From Nymphaea colorata (Eukaryota): a stretch of DNA of 64,000 bases. The DNA is taken from assembly GCF_008831285.2 (NCBI RefSeq), contig NC_045138.2, positions 43,772,001 through 43,836,000 on the forward strand. The letters run 5' to 3'. Positions 24,565 through 36,900 of this stretch are shown one piece after another (the first letter of the stretch is position 1; each line of letters begins with the position of its first letter). The translations under genes were made by a program, and so were the position numbers. The notes under the pieces are model-generated. The model ran no database searches, was not told the DNA's origin, and saw only the letters and a program-made list of their open reading frames with translations.

Positions 24565-27500
24565 GAGGGCACTCTCTATAATAATTTTAGATATCAGCTG
24601 ATTTGCCGCAGTCTAAATGGGCAAAAAGTAGAGAGGAGGAAGAAGATGAGTGCTGAATGGTTTGGAGTGACAACAACAAAGCATGCCTCCCAAACCTATT
24701 TTTATTAATTTGACAACTTTACACCAATGACTAAAATATAATAATAGAGCATGAATATTACAAACATGCCATTGATTACACACCCAAAAAAATAAGAGAA
24801 ACAATAGATGCATGCACAATGGATGTGCGCTTGTTCGTCAACGTGCATGTGGATTTGGTTCCATATCCAGACATGTGTTTTACTACCCTCCCTCAGTTGT
24901 AGTTGGTCTTTGATAATTGATAAACTTGCTCCTCAATAACCAAAATTGTTGACGTGTCAAGCCTTTCGTGAATAAATCTGCCACTTTATTCTTCCGTCCT
25001 TACATGGTGTGGTTCTGTCTCCTCCATCTCAACTTTCTGCCGTGTAAAATGTTGATCAATCTCAATATATTTTGTCCTGTTGTGCTGAATGAGATTGAAT
25101 GCAATGCTGATTATACTCTGATTGTCACATATGACTCTATATTGTGCAATAACCTCCTAGATCACTTAATTAGTGTCCAATCCATGTAACTTCGGTGTTG
25201 GCTGCCAGCCTGCCACTGTTTGTCTATATTTAGCCTTAGTGCTTGACTGCACCTTTGCCTTTGTTTCCTACTACTCAAAGATGCTAAATTGTTTCCAACG
25301 AATACACAGTAGCCAGAAACTAACTGTTTTGATCTGGATGTCCAGCTCAATCCACATTAGTATTAGTGATAAGTTCATGTCCTTGATTCACACATTTATT
25401 TTTAGAATATACAAGCCTGTCTGCCATTGTTCCTTTCAAGTAATATAAAATGTATGTCACAACCTCCATGCAACCCTCTCTTGGGGCGTGCATGCACTGA
25501 CACCTGGTTGACAACATAAACAATGTCAGGTCTAGTAAAAGTAAGATACTGCCACATCGCTACCATATTCTAGTATCTGGTAGTTTGGCACAAAGTTCTC
25601 CATCTTTAGCATTCCAACCTCTGATCTAATGTACTTAAGATATTTACCAGCTTGCAATTTGACATTCCCGCTCTTTCTAGAAGATCTAACGTATACTTCT
25701 AGTGCATAAGAGCCAATAACTCTCCTTGTCTATCAACTTTTACACCTAGAAAGTATCTCAACTCTCCTAAATCCTTTATGTTGAATGCCTTCATTAAGAA
25801 CTATCTTACTTCATGCTCATGATCATTAGAACTTCTAGTTACATCAACCTATATGCAAAGAAGAGTAAAAACGTCTTTCTCCTAGTAAATAAAAAGAGAC
25901 GGATCTAGAGAACACCTTACAAACCATAATTTTTAATTTGTAGGGAGAAACTTTGAAACCAATAACAAGATGCCTGATTCAATCCATACAAAGATTTTTT
26001 AAGCTTCAGACACCCATATAGTAGGATCCTTCTCAACGTATTCAAAAGCTGCTCCATATAAACTTCCGTCTTTAAATCTCCATGTAAAAATGCTTTTTGG
26101 TGTCCATTGACTCAGTTTGCACCTTCAGTTGACTGCTAAGGATATGACCACATGAATAGATTATAGTGCCCATTTTCACCACTGGGCTAAAGGTCTCATC
26201 ATTGTCTTCACCATACTATTGTGTGAAGCCTCGAGCCATAAATTGAGCCTTTGTACCTATCAATATTCCCATAGGGTTTTATTCCTTTTTTTTTTTGGAA
26301 GATCCATTTTGAATCAACTACATTCTTTTCTTGCGGCCCTAGAACCACTTCCCGAGTGCAACATTCATGAAGGGCCTCCATAGGATGTTTAACCCGAACT
26401 AATTCTCGAACTAAGTCACTAGAAGTTCCCCCTATATTTGTTTATCTTGTATCTTTGTTTTCTAGTGTAAACTCATCCTGAAAACCGTTTTGTGTAAGAT
26501 GATTCTGTGTTTATTTGAGGCTCATCTTCTTTCTTGTTAGTGTCAGAAGCGTGGTGAGTCTCCTGCCATCCTTTACTTGCATTAGCAAAAAGATTTGCAC
26601 CTAGCCACAGGTCATATACTTCTTTTGTGCTAAAAGGCAACTGCTCGGGGCCATATGCCTCAAAGTTTTGCTTATCAAAAACGATGTTCCTGGAAGCCCT
26701 GATGTGCTTTGTAGCTGGATCATAGCATCTATACCTCTTGTAGTCATCCGCATATCCTATGAATTGGCACTTAGCAGCCTTATCCTAAAACTTATTTCTT
26801 AGATGAATTAATATGCAGATGGTAGATACAACCAAAAACACGTAACTCATCATAAAACAAATGCTATTCAGATAAAATATAATATTCTGATTTTTGCTCC
26901 AAAGTTGACATGGGAAGATGGTTTATAAAATGAACTGCAGTGTGAAAAGCTTATGTCCATAGATGGACGGGCACTTAGCTGTCATGTCAAATGCACATCG
27001 CACTTTCAATTACATGTCTATGCTTCCTCTCCACAATCCCGTTTTGTTGCAGAGTATGTAGGCAAAAAACATGCCGACTTATCCCGTTATCTCGAAGTAA
27101 ATTCATTCGATGAATATGTTCCTTACCATCACAGTGCATGTGCATGAGATTATAGGAAAGCTTAGTCCCAACCATAAAGTAAAAAGTTCGAAATATTTGA
27201 AATACTCCATGCTTATGTTTCATGAAGTTTATCCAAGTATGTCGGGAGTGAGAATTGATGAAAACAACATAGTAACAACTTCTAGATAGAGAAGGAATAG
27301 GGCAGATATTCAAACATCAAAACAAAGGATTTCAAATGTCTTAAAAGCTCATTAATAACATGGAAAGGAAGAACATAACTTTTGTAAAGTTCTCAATTTG
27401 AACAACTTTTATTTTAAGAAAAGGGCAAACTAGACTTTGGAATAAGGCTGTTAGATATAAGTTTTTTAATGGACACCCCATTACGATGACCCAAAGGACC

Positions 27501-27731
27501 ATGCCAAATGTCTATCTTATTACAACAAGATGACTCACAAGCCTCTGATGAAAAAGAAGTTGGTGTTCTGAAGAAGGCACTGAAAAGAGGACTGCATGGA
27601 TGACGACATTGAAGAAGACAACATGGACGAGTTCAGCTAAGGAACTGAGACCGATGGTATCTTCTTGATGACATACGCATTTGCTCATCACTCCCCATAA
27701 GTGAATGTATCCTTTGTTCATTGATCCTTAA

Positions 27732-28462
27732 GGGCGTGTTTGTCGAGCATGGAATCCGCTGTTCAAGTAGGTTCAAATCCAGTTTTTCGAACACCTCCAG
27801 ACAAATGTAGGATTGAAATCCCGGTTTTCCATTTTAAAACCAGGATGACGGTCTCTAGATTTTAATCCATCCATGGGGGGTGGGATCAAAATCCTTGGAA
27901 GAATTTTCGGCCCGTTAGGGCTTGCATGTGTCTGTTTTTTCTTTGTCTGCTTCCAAATCAGAGCTCCCTGTGCAAGATGCCGATCGCACCTCCATCGTTG
28001 CAGACCATTTTCGCTCTTGCTGCTGGTAGCCATCACTAGTCAGAATCAATGAGCTTTTCTTTTAATCTAAGAAAAACCCTAGAACAAAGAACAAAACATA
28101 AAGAGTGATGGCTCTCTCTCACTCTTTCTCTCTCTATCTGCTTGAAGCAAGATCAGCGATTGGGGAGGGGGAGGAGGGAGTAGGCTCTAACCTGTCTGTG
28201 TCTCTCCCCACCAGAGATTTCCTTTTTGTGCTTTGCTAAAAATCTTTCCTTAACTGGGAAGACGATTTCTGTAGGGTTTTGGTGGCAGTGACATTGACAA
28301 CATTGAACATGACATGTCTCTCCTTTCCCTTTCTTTAATGGGTGGAATATCAATGACATGAAGGTAGGTGGCTTGTCAATGAGATTTTCTTTTTGAAAAA
28401 ATTGTTATATAACAACTTTTATAACATTCCAATTTTTTTTCTAAACATTCAACAAACACTGG
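27732..28462. mobile_element. Possible Tourist/Harbinger-like MITE inside copia B
   Basis: TAA|GGGCGTGTTTGTCGA at left, TCAACAAACAC at right, interrupts the copia gag-protease region. The right end and TSD are degenerate. Confidence 0.4.
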
Positions 28463-29259
28463 ATAGACATGCTGGAGTGCATGGAGAATCTCATGTCCTC
28501 CTTGTCCAAACCTTCTTGACCTTTACCACCTTGGTTTCCTTCACTTCCTTGTCCAAAACCTATAGAAGTCTCTATAGCAAGTATTGAATGAGAATTAGTT
28601 AATCATTTTAATCTGCTATCTACGTCATAGTATTCTCATGTTGGATAAGCTTTGCTTGCAGTTCTTCAAAGGTGGGCACCTGTGGAAGATGATGCTGGAG
28701 TGTCATAGTGAGCATGTCAAAATCAGACCCTAAGCCATTAATAAGATACTGTACTTTGTCTTCGTTGGAAATACCACTGCCAATAACAACCAATTGATTG
28801 GTGATTCCCTTCATACGTCTCCATATACTCCATGTCTGATGTTGAACCTTTCTTCAAATTCTGGGAGTCCTTTTTCAAGAATAGGACACATGTCTCTGAT
28901 ACCATATAAGAACTTTAAATATCAGATATATTGATTCACTGTAGTCTGAATGCACAAAAAATAATGAAGAGGAAGAAGAGTGTTGAATGGTTTGGGGTGG
29001 TGATGCAGACCTTCCCACCAGGAGGCCGAGAACTAGGGCCAGCACGGCCAAGCAAGGCTGATAAGATTAGAAAGAATAATCTTTGATTAACCTCGAAATC
29101 TGCCCTAACTCCTCTTTATATAGACTAGAGGAGAGAGAGAAGTTACAAGAGAAACATCTAAAGGAAAAGTTATTACAAAAGTACCCTCTTAAACCTAAAA
29201 CTGAATATAAACACATCTTAACACTCCCCCTCAAGTTGGAGCGTATATGTCAAATAGGC

Positions 29260-32200
29260 TCAACTTGGAACAGCAGCTTTGGAATGGTCCCCTTGCAAGA
29301 GCCTTAGTAAAGATATCAGCCGTTTGCTACTTACAAACCCCTTTTGAATCATGTCTCTAGTATAGTGGCAATCTACTTCAACATGCTTGGTTCTTTCATG
29401 AAAAGCCGGATTATTAGCAATAAACAGTGCAGCTTTGTTATCACATAACAGTTGCATAGGAAGAGGCACTTCGACAGTAAGATCCAACATCAGGGATCTA
29501 ACCCACATAACTTCAGCAGTACCCTGAGCCATAGCTCTATACTCAGATTCTGCACTTGATCTGGCAACCACAGTTTGCTTCTTACTCTTCCATGTAACCA
29601 AGTTGGATCCAATAAACACACAAAATCCAGTAGTGGATTTTCTGTCTGAGGGGCATCCTGCATAGTCGGCATCAACATACACAGATATAGTGAGTGAGGT
29701 ACCATTCTGAAAGAAGAGTCCCGTTCCTGGTGAATTCTTTAGATACCTAAGAATCATCATAGCAGCATCCCAATGAACTTTCTTGGGCTTATCCATAAAT
29801 TGACTCACTCTGCTAACAGCATAGGCAATGTCAGGTCGAGTAACAGTGATGTATAGGAGCTTCCCAACAATCCCTCTATACTGTCTTGCATCAACATCTT
29901 CAGTATCATCATCATACAAGCGGGTATTGATATCCATAGGCGTGGATGCAGGCCGACACCCCAGCATCCCTGTCTCTTGCAAAACATCAGTAACGTATTT
30001 CCTCTGGCACATGATAAGGCCCTTTTGATTTCTGGCAAACTCAATACCAAGGAAATAACGTAGTTCACCAAGGTCCTTGGTGACAAAGTGTTGTCCAAGG
30101 ACATCCTTGATGTTGGAAATCCCCTGATCATCATCCCCTGTAACAATGATATCATCAACATAAACAAGAACTATCACCGTACCTGTAGAAGTCTTCTTGA
30201 CAAAGAGGGAATGGTCGGCCGAAGAACGTCTGAAGCCCTCATTCTCAATATTCTCTGACAATTTCTGAAACCAAGCTCGAGGACTCTGTTTCAGACCATA
30301 AATCGCCTTTCGCAATCTGCACACTTTCTGACACTCCCCCTCAGCAACAAACCCTGGTGGTTGCTGCATATACACTTCTTCATGTAAGTCACCATAGAGA
30401 AAGGCATTTTTGACATCAAGCTGTGAGAGGGACCAATTCTTGCTGACAGCCACAGCAAGGAGAATCCGTAAGGAAGCATGTCGTGCCACAGGAGAGAAGG
30501 TATCATAATAATCAACCCCATAAGTTTGGGTATAGCCTTTTGCAACCAGACGAGCCTTATATCTGTCAATACTGCCATCTGCTCGGTATTTGATAGTAAA
30601 GACCCATCTGCAACCAACAATGGCTGCATCAACTGAAGGAGTAACAAGGGTCCAGGTGCCTCTAGACTGAAGAGCATCCATCTCTTCTTGCATAGCCGCT
30701 GCCCATTTGGGATCAGAGAGAGCATCCATGGGATTCTGTGGAAGAGCAATAGCCGACAGCCCCTTGACAAACTGTCGGTACATAGGGGTGAGTCTATCCA
30801 TGGATAAATGACCAGAGATAGGATGCAAAGTGCAACTGCGTTTGCCTTTCCTTTGAGCAATGGGCACATCAAGTTCATTAGGAGCAGGAACATGCTCGTG
30901 ACATACTCCTATGTCATCATTACATAAAACATTGTCAGTTGAGTTTGTGTCAGGAATTACCTTGGGCGTGCTGGGTGAAGGCACAGGTGCACATTGAACA
31001 GGCGCAGCAGGCTTAGTACGACGATGGTAGACAGCCCCAAAACGTGGATCAACTGGGTTTGGACAACTCATGAGAGGTAGAGGAAATTGGACTTCATCAT
31101 TTAATGCAGGCGCCCTTAATTGAGTTCCATTTGGGGAGAAGAAAGAGGTTGATTCAAAAAATGTAACATCAGCACTCACATAATACCGACGAGTAGAAGG
31201 ATCATAACATCGATATCCCTTTTGAGTGCGGGAATAACCAACAAAGATCGTTTTGATGGCCCGAGGAGACAACTTATCTCGCCCAGGACCAAGCAACTGA
31301 ACAAAGGCAACACATCCAAAAACACGAGGTGGAACAGAAAACAAGTCTCTGTCAGGAAAGAGGACAGAGATAGGAATAAGGTCTCCCAACACAGATGACG
31401 GCATACGATTAATAAGATAGCATGCTGTGAGAACAGCATCGCCCCAGTAAGAATGGGGAACATGGCTATGTATGATAATGGTTCTGGCAACATCAAGAAT
31501 ATGACGGTGTTTCCGTTCAGCAACCCCATTTTGTTGGGAGGTATAGGCACAAGAAGTTTGGTGGATGATACCCTTATCCCTGAAAAATTGTTCCAAAGAG
31601 GAAGCACAGAACTCAAGAGCATTGTCAGAGCGCACAATTTTGACACAAGTATCAAACTGAGTCAGAATTTCATTGATAAAATTTTTGATTACATGACCCA
31701 CTTCAGATTTATGCTTCATAAGAAAAACCCAACTAACACGACTATAGTCATCGACAGCAACAAGATAATATCGATGACCTTGAAGAGCAGGTGTACGACT
31801 CGGACCCCAAACATCAAAATGAAGTAACTCAAACACAGAATGGCTACTTCGACTGGGCCGCGGAGGAAAGGATGACCTATGGTGTTTGCCCAACTGACAA
31901 GACTCGCATTGAAAAGAAGACTTGGGAGACAGCTGAGGAAGAACATGCAGCAGTTTCTGAAACGGTAGATGTCCAAAACGTAAATGCCAAGTATAAGCCG
32001 AGGATGAGGACGACCCTGCAGAGGTAGATCCAGCAAAGGGAAAGGGATGCACTAGCCTGTAAAGACCTCCCTGTTCACGGCCACTGCCAATCACCCTGCC
32101 CGTCAGTATATCCTGAAACACAAGAGAAGAGGAGTCAAATATCGCACGACAGTTTAAATCTCTGGTAATCTGACTGATAGATAGTAGGCTATGTGGGAAT

Positions 32201-33375
32201 TCTGGTGCATGAAGAACATGTTGCAATGGTAATGATGAAGTAAGTTGGACCTCTCCAAGTCCAACAACGGGAGAATATTTGCCATCTGCTAGAATAACCG
32301 AGCGACCAGGTGGAGTAGGGACATAAGAAGTAAACTGTGCCTTGTCTCCACAGAGATGTGTCGATGCACCCGAATCAATGAGCCAATCTGTAGTGTCAGA
32401 ATACATACCAGATGAAGATGCACTGGCAGCAGTAGTGATAGTAGAGGTGGTCGGATCAGGAGCTTGTTGAGGTCTATCTCCAATCAAGTGTCTCAACTGA
32501 GAGATAATATCATCTGCACGTAACTCACTGGAGGAAACAGGATGTTGAGTCTTAGGCTGCTCTGGAGAATCAGTAAAAACAGTCTGATTGGCAACAGCTG
32601 GACGACCATGTTTCTGCCAACACTTATCCACAGTGTGACCAATGCGATGACAAAACTGACATACTGGGCGCGAAGGGGTATTGCCACGGCCACGGTATCC
32701 TCGTCCTCTGGCAAAGAGGGACCCACCTCTGCCACGAGTAGCAAGCATAGCAGAAGTGGTATCAAGAACAGTCGATGAAGGGATTGGAATTCTGCTTAGC
32801 CTACTATAAGCTTCATCAATAGGAGGAATCGAGGGACTAGTGAGCATCTGATTCTTTGCTGATTCATAAACAGAGTCTAATCCAGACAGAAATACTCCGA
32901 CCATAAGCATATCTCTGTATGCCTTCTGTTGCTCACACTTACATGCAGGAAAGTAACTGTTTAGTCTCTCAAACATGGACTTGAGACTAGAATAATAAGT
33001 ATGTAGAGGGCGACCATCTTGGCGCATCTGATGAATATCATGATGAAGCTGCATAATTCTGGTTTCATTCCTTGCTTGTGAATAGGTGGCTGCAAGGGAA
33101 TCCCACATATCCTTTGCACTTTCCTTATGCAGGACTTCATTGGCAATGTCTTGAGTAAGAGTACCAACAATCCATACCATAACCAACGAATTATCTTTAA
33201 ACCAAGTAGTATATTTTCCTACCTTCTGTACGGGCTCGGGCTCCAATATAAGATGTTCCTTCTCATGAGCGATCAAGGTTCTTTTTACTTGCATGGCCCA
33301 CATCTCGTAATTACCCCCATCCATTTTGGTGATAAAGCTGGAAAATGGGGAACTCTTCATCTCTCCCGACGACAC
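29260..33375 (-). CDS. Copia C gag-pol polyprotein (1371 aa) with frameshifted RNase H C-terminus
   Basis: CCHC knuckle (CQFCHRIGHTVDKC), IDSGAS, HHCC and DDE integrase, YVDD, DADYAG. The terminal ADIFTKAL is in another frame. Confidence 0.95.
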   Translation of the reverse strand: MSSGEMKSSPFSSFITKMDGGNYEMWAMQVKRTLIAHEKEHLILEPEPVQKVGKYTTWFKDNSLVMVWIVGTLTQDIANEVLHKESAKDMWDSLAATYSQARNETRIMQLHHDIHQMRQDGRPLHTYYSSLKSMFERLNSYFPACKCEQQKAYRDMLMVGVFLSGLDSVYESAKNQMLTSPSIPPIDEAYSRLSRIPIPSSTVLDTTSAMLATRGRGGSLFARGRGYRGRGNTPSRPVCQFCHRIGHTVDKCWQKHGRPAVANQTVFTDSPEQPKTQHPVSSSELRADDIISQLRHLIGDRPQQAPDPTTSTITTAASASSSGMYSDTTDWLIDSGASTHLCGDKAQFTSYVPTPPGRSVILADGKYSPVVGLGEVQLTSSLPLQHVLHAPEFPHSLLSISQITRDLNCRAIFDSSSLVFQDILTGRVIGSGREQGGLYRLVHPFPFAGSTSAGSSSSSAYTWHLRFGHLPFQKLLHVLPQLSPKSSFQCESCQLGKHHRSSFPPRPSRSSHSVFELLHFDVWGPSRTPALQGHRYYLVAVDDYSRVSWVFLMKHKSEVGHVIKNFINEILTQFDTCVKIVRSDNALEFCASSLEQFFRDKGIIHQTSCAYTSQQNGVAERKHRHILDVARTIIIHSHVPHSYWGDAVLTACYLINRMPSSVLGDLIPISVLFPDRDLFSVPPRVFGCVAFVQLLGPGRDKLSPRAIKTIFVGYSRTQKGYRCYDPSTRRYYVSADVTFFESTSFFSPNGTQLRAPALNDEVQFPLPLMSCPNPVDPRFGAVYHRRTKPAAPVQCAPVPSPSTPKVIPDTNSTDNVLCNDDIGVCHEHVPAPNELDVPIAQRKGKRSCTLHPISGHLSMDRLTPMYRQFVKGLSAIALPQNPMDALSDPKWAAAMQEEMDALQSRGTWTLVTPSVDAAIVGCRWVFTIKYRADGSIDRYKARLVAKGYTQTYGVDYYDTFSPVARHASLRILLAVAVSKNWSLSQLDVKNAFLYGDLHEEVYMQQPPGFVAEGECQKVCRLRKAIYGLKQSPRAWFQKLSENIENEGFRRSSADHSLFVKKTSTGTVIVLVYVDDIIVTGDDDQGISNIKDVLGQHFVTKDLGELRYFLGIEFARNQKGLIMCQRKYVTDVLQETGMLGCRPASTPMDINTRLYDDDTEDVDARQYRGIVGKLLYITVTRPDIAYAVSRVSQFMDKPKKVHWDAAMMILRYLKNSPGTGLFFQNGTSLTISVYVDADYAGCPSDRKSTTGFCVFIGSNLVTWKSKKQTVVARSSAESEYRAMAQGTAEVMWVRSLMLDLTVEVPLPMQLLCDNKAALFIANNPAFHERTKHVEVDCHYTRDMIQKGFVSSKRLISLLRLLQGDHSKAAVPS

Positions 33376-33834
33376 AAAGGAAGAGGTATTAGCGCCGCTG
33401 CTAATTTCAGATATCGCTCAACACAATGGAGGAAACCGAGCCACGGAATAGGAAGTGCAGGCAAAAAAAGAAGACAATCACATATCGAAAGACAACATGC
33501 TGATCATGAAGCAGTTAACACGGGCAGCAATCCATAAGTCTGATCGGCTGGAAGAGGCAACAACAGAACTGAACGAAGACAGATTACCAGAGGCGACAGC
33601 GAAGACGCTGAGAGGAAAATCAGCGTGCAGAACAGCGGCGGAGTAGAGGAGGCGATGCAGCGAAGACGCTGAGAAGAAAATCAGCGTGCAAGGCAGCGGC
33701 GGAGCAGAGGAGAATGGTGGAGACAGCAGGGGCGATGCAGCGTGCAGAAGCAGCGGAGAAGCAACAGTGACAGACGGCGGCGGCGGGCGGAGGTGATAGC
33801 CACGGCGGGCAGCGGCGAAGATGACTGCAACAGC

Positions 33835-33952
33835 GGACGGAGGCGTCGGGCGGAGAAGACAGCAACGGGCGGAGGCGTCGGGCGGAGAAGACAGCAACGG
33901 GCGGAGGCGTCGGGCGGAGAAGACAGCAACGGGCGGAGGCGTCGGGCGGAGA
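33835..33952. repeat. 32-bp GC-rich tandem repeat (3 full copies and 1 partial) in the copia C 5' UTR
   Basis: AGGCGTCGGGCGGAGAAGACAGCAACGGGCGG starts at 33841, 33873, 33905, partially at 33937. Confidence 0.92.
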
Positions 33953-36900
33953 GGTCAGGACAAAGACTGGCAGAGGCGTCGGGTGGAGAGGTCAGCGACG
34001 GGCGGAGATGGGTGGACACGAGCGGGTGGAGGAAGCGCAGCGATGGGCGCGGTCAGGCGGCGGGCGGCGCCGCTCAATCGGCGCGCCAAGGAGGAGGAGA
34101 CGGCTGCTGCTCTGATACCATGATAAGATTAGAAAGAATAATCTTTGATTAACCTCGAAATCTGCCCTAACTCCTCTTTATATAGACTAGAGGAGAGAGA
34201 GAAGTTACAAGAGAAACATCTAAAGGAAAAGTTATTACAAAAGTACCCTCTTAAACCTAAAACTGAATATAAACACATCTTAACAAAGGCCAAGAGAGTC
34301 AAGCACCATCGGCCAACATGATGAAAAGCATAGATGAGCTAAGGGAGGCTAACATAGAACTGGAAGTTGATGCAGCGGGCGGTGTGGGCGGAGCATCATC
34401 AGCGGAGCGCGGGCAGTGGGCTGAAGACTTCAAGGCAGAACAGGCACGGGAACTAGACCTAGATCCGGTTATAGCGAGTTCGAACCCTGAGTCTAGTCCT
34501 GACCCAGTCCACGCGTGGCAAGCCTAAGGCCTAACTTAGGCAAGTTATATGGCTGAACCCGTGAGGGAGAGGTCAAACTCACTAAACATTCGAGACGTCT
34601 CGTCTCGGTCTCCTTTTATGCTTTTGCTTTATAGTTGAGTCGTTTCATTTCAGCAAGTGTCTCGGTTCTCATGTTAAGAACCGGTTTTATTTCAAGTACT
34701 TAAACTCTTTTGTAAGTCTTTTTTCATTATGCAATCAAGAATTAGAAGTTGAGTTTTTCGTGTGAATTGGTTCTTGTCTCTCTCTTCCCTTCATCGTCTT
34801 ACCGCCGGTGATCGGAATCCAAAGGCTCCAACCCGTGGCTCTGGTTGAAGCAAAACAAGCTTGGAGACATTCCTCGAGGCTACCGGAATTCCTCTTGGAG
34901 TTTCTTCATCCTACGCATAATTCCCCGACTGAATCGCCATCTTCTTACGGTGCAACTTCTTCATCCCCGGAAGGAGTTAGAGGCAGGAGAAGATAATCGG
35001 GAAGGCTTGGAGGAGAGCGACTCGTGGCTCTAGTCGCCTAGTACGCAAGCGCACGACTCCGGCTGCAAGAGAAGAGGTAGGTGCCGATAATCTCCCGGCT
35101 CCTTCCCTACTTGAGCAGAGCAGAGGACTAGTTGAAATCGTCCCTAGTAGGCCACTTGATCTCTGCTAAAAACAGAGAGAAAGAGTGCGATCGACACTAG
35201 CTCTTAGGAGACTGATTTTCACGGTAAGAAACCGAGAGAGCTCGTCGGAATTCTGTTGGTAGACAGCCAATAAAATTTCAGCGAAATTGATCGGTTAATT
35301 CCCTTGGAAACTCGTCCACGGCAGCAGCAATCCAAACCCCACTCAGTCAAGGGATTGCTGTCGAAGAAGGAGATAGAAATTCCCCAAAAGTGAGCAAATT
35401 CGTATTCACGACTTGGCGGAATCAAACAGCCATCGGGCGGACATTGCAGGCAAATTCTGAAGCAAACCAGGGCGGGTTTCACTCTCTCGCTTATTCCAGT
35501 AGCATCGCCCTGGCCTTAGCGACATCCCCACCAAATTGCATGCAAATCCGTCCAACCATCGCGGAGAACCAGCTTTAGATAGAAACTCCGTCCCTGCTCG
35601 CCGGAATCTTGAACGCTGCAATTTTTCAGTCCAAAACCGAGAGGCACTCAATAACTTCTGGTTTTCCCAACTTGCTCATGGTCAGTATTATTGGTTATTA
35701 AGTTAGAATTTAATTGGCGAGGGCATTGTAGTCATTCCACCTCCTAAGCCCCTTAAAGAAAAGGAAACCAGCAGTGAGCATTACACGCAGCAGCTCCCTT
35801 TGGGGCTTCTCGCCTTAACGCTGGGAGTTACACTTCTCCCTATCACCTCTCAGCTTCAACCGTCCTCTCCACCCGCACCATCAACAGTCATCATGGAGGA
35901 GTTAAGGTACGTATTCAATTTCCTTAGCCTCTTCACCTCCTCTTGAAACCGTCCCTAAAGCCTCACCAGCCCAAGAGTCTTACCCTCTTAACTCGCCACT
36001 TGTCTAACTCTTGAATCCTCATCATTACCCCACTTTGAGTTATAACCCCATCTCCCCCTCGTGCATAACACCTATGCCCTCTTGTATGACCCTTTGGCTC
36101 TCCCCAAACCAAAACCGGCACCATCTTAAGTGCTCCACTCCTCACGCCACCTTGCCTCTCATCATTAGCCTCACATTAACTCTCCACTCAATGACCTTAT
36201 CCAGCCCTCACGTGAATTAAGCTCCTTTCCATCCAAGTCCCTTAGTTTCCTCCCTTGGTGTAACCCATCCTCATAACCGACCATACTCATTAAGAGCCAC
36301 CTCTCATCATTAGGAGCCATCTCACCTAGCCTTAATTTCACTCTCTCGTAGGATTAACCCTCCACCATCATACGCCTGACCCTTAGTCTATCTCTAAGCC
36401 ATAACCAAACCCTTAGCAATTAATCTCCATCTCCCGGCTCTATACAACCTAACCCAAATCGAGCCTACCTAATCCCACTCCGAGCTCACTCCTTGTTCCG
36501 GGCTCGGTTTGACCCCTTGGAGTCCATTAGCTAGGTTCACCTCCAAGGATCGCACGTGATCAAATTAGCATCTCTACTACAGCAAGTAAGTCATCTTGCA
36601 GCCTCCCTCGCTCCAACCATCTCCCGAACATCTTCCTAGGCGCCAGGGTGACCTCGGCCAGGTGGGCCGAGCCCCTGCCTCCATCCAGGCGCTCCTCCAT
36701 CACTTTGCTGTCTCTCTTGGCCGACCGAGGCCTGCAGCAGCCGTACACCATCCATTTCTGTTGTCGTGATCCTCTATCACTCTTGCCAGCTCTTACTAGA
36801 AGACCAGGCGTCCTAGACCAGGCGGGTCTAGCCTCCACTCCACCTCCTTGCTGTGATATCCGAGAGTGGCTAAGCCACTGGTTTTCTCTCGGATCCTATT

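Larger units (their letters stand above)
29059..34285 (-). mobile_element. Young full-length Ty1/copia element (C)
   Basis: Identical 165-bp LTRs (29059-29223, 34121-34285), TSD AAGGC, PBS 34109-34120 (initiator tRNA-Met type), PPT 29224-29235. Confidence 0.97.

Noticed and set aside
29011..29026. TTCCCACCAGG(A/T)GGC repeated at 29012 and 37388 as an alternative element boundary
   Set aside because: The TG..CA ends with the GGTGG TSD, and the restored copia B LTR, explain the junctions better. Treated as coincidence.
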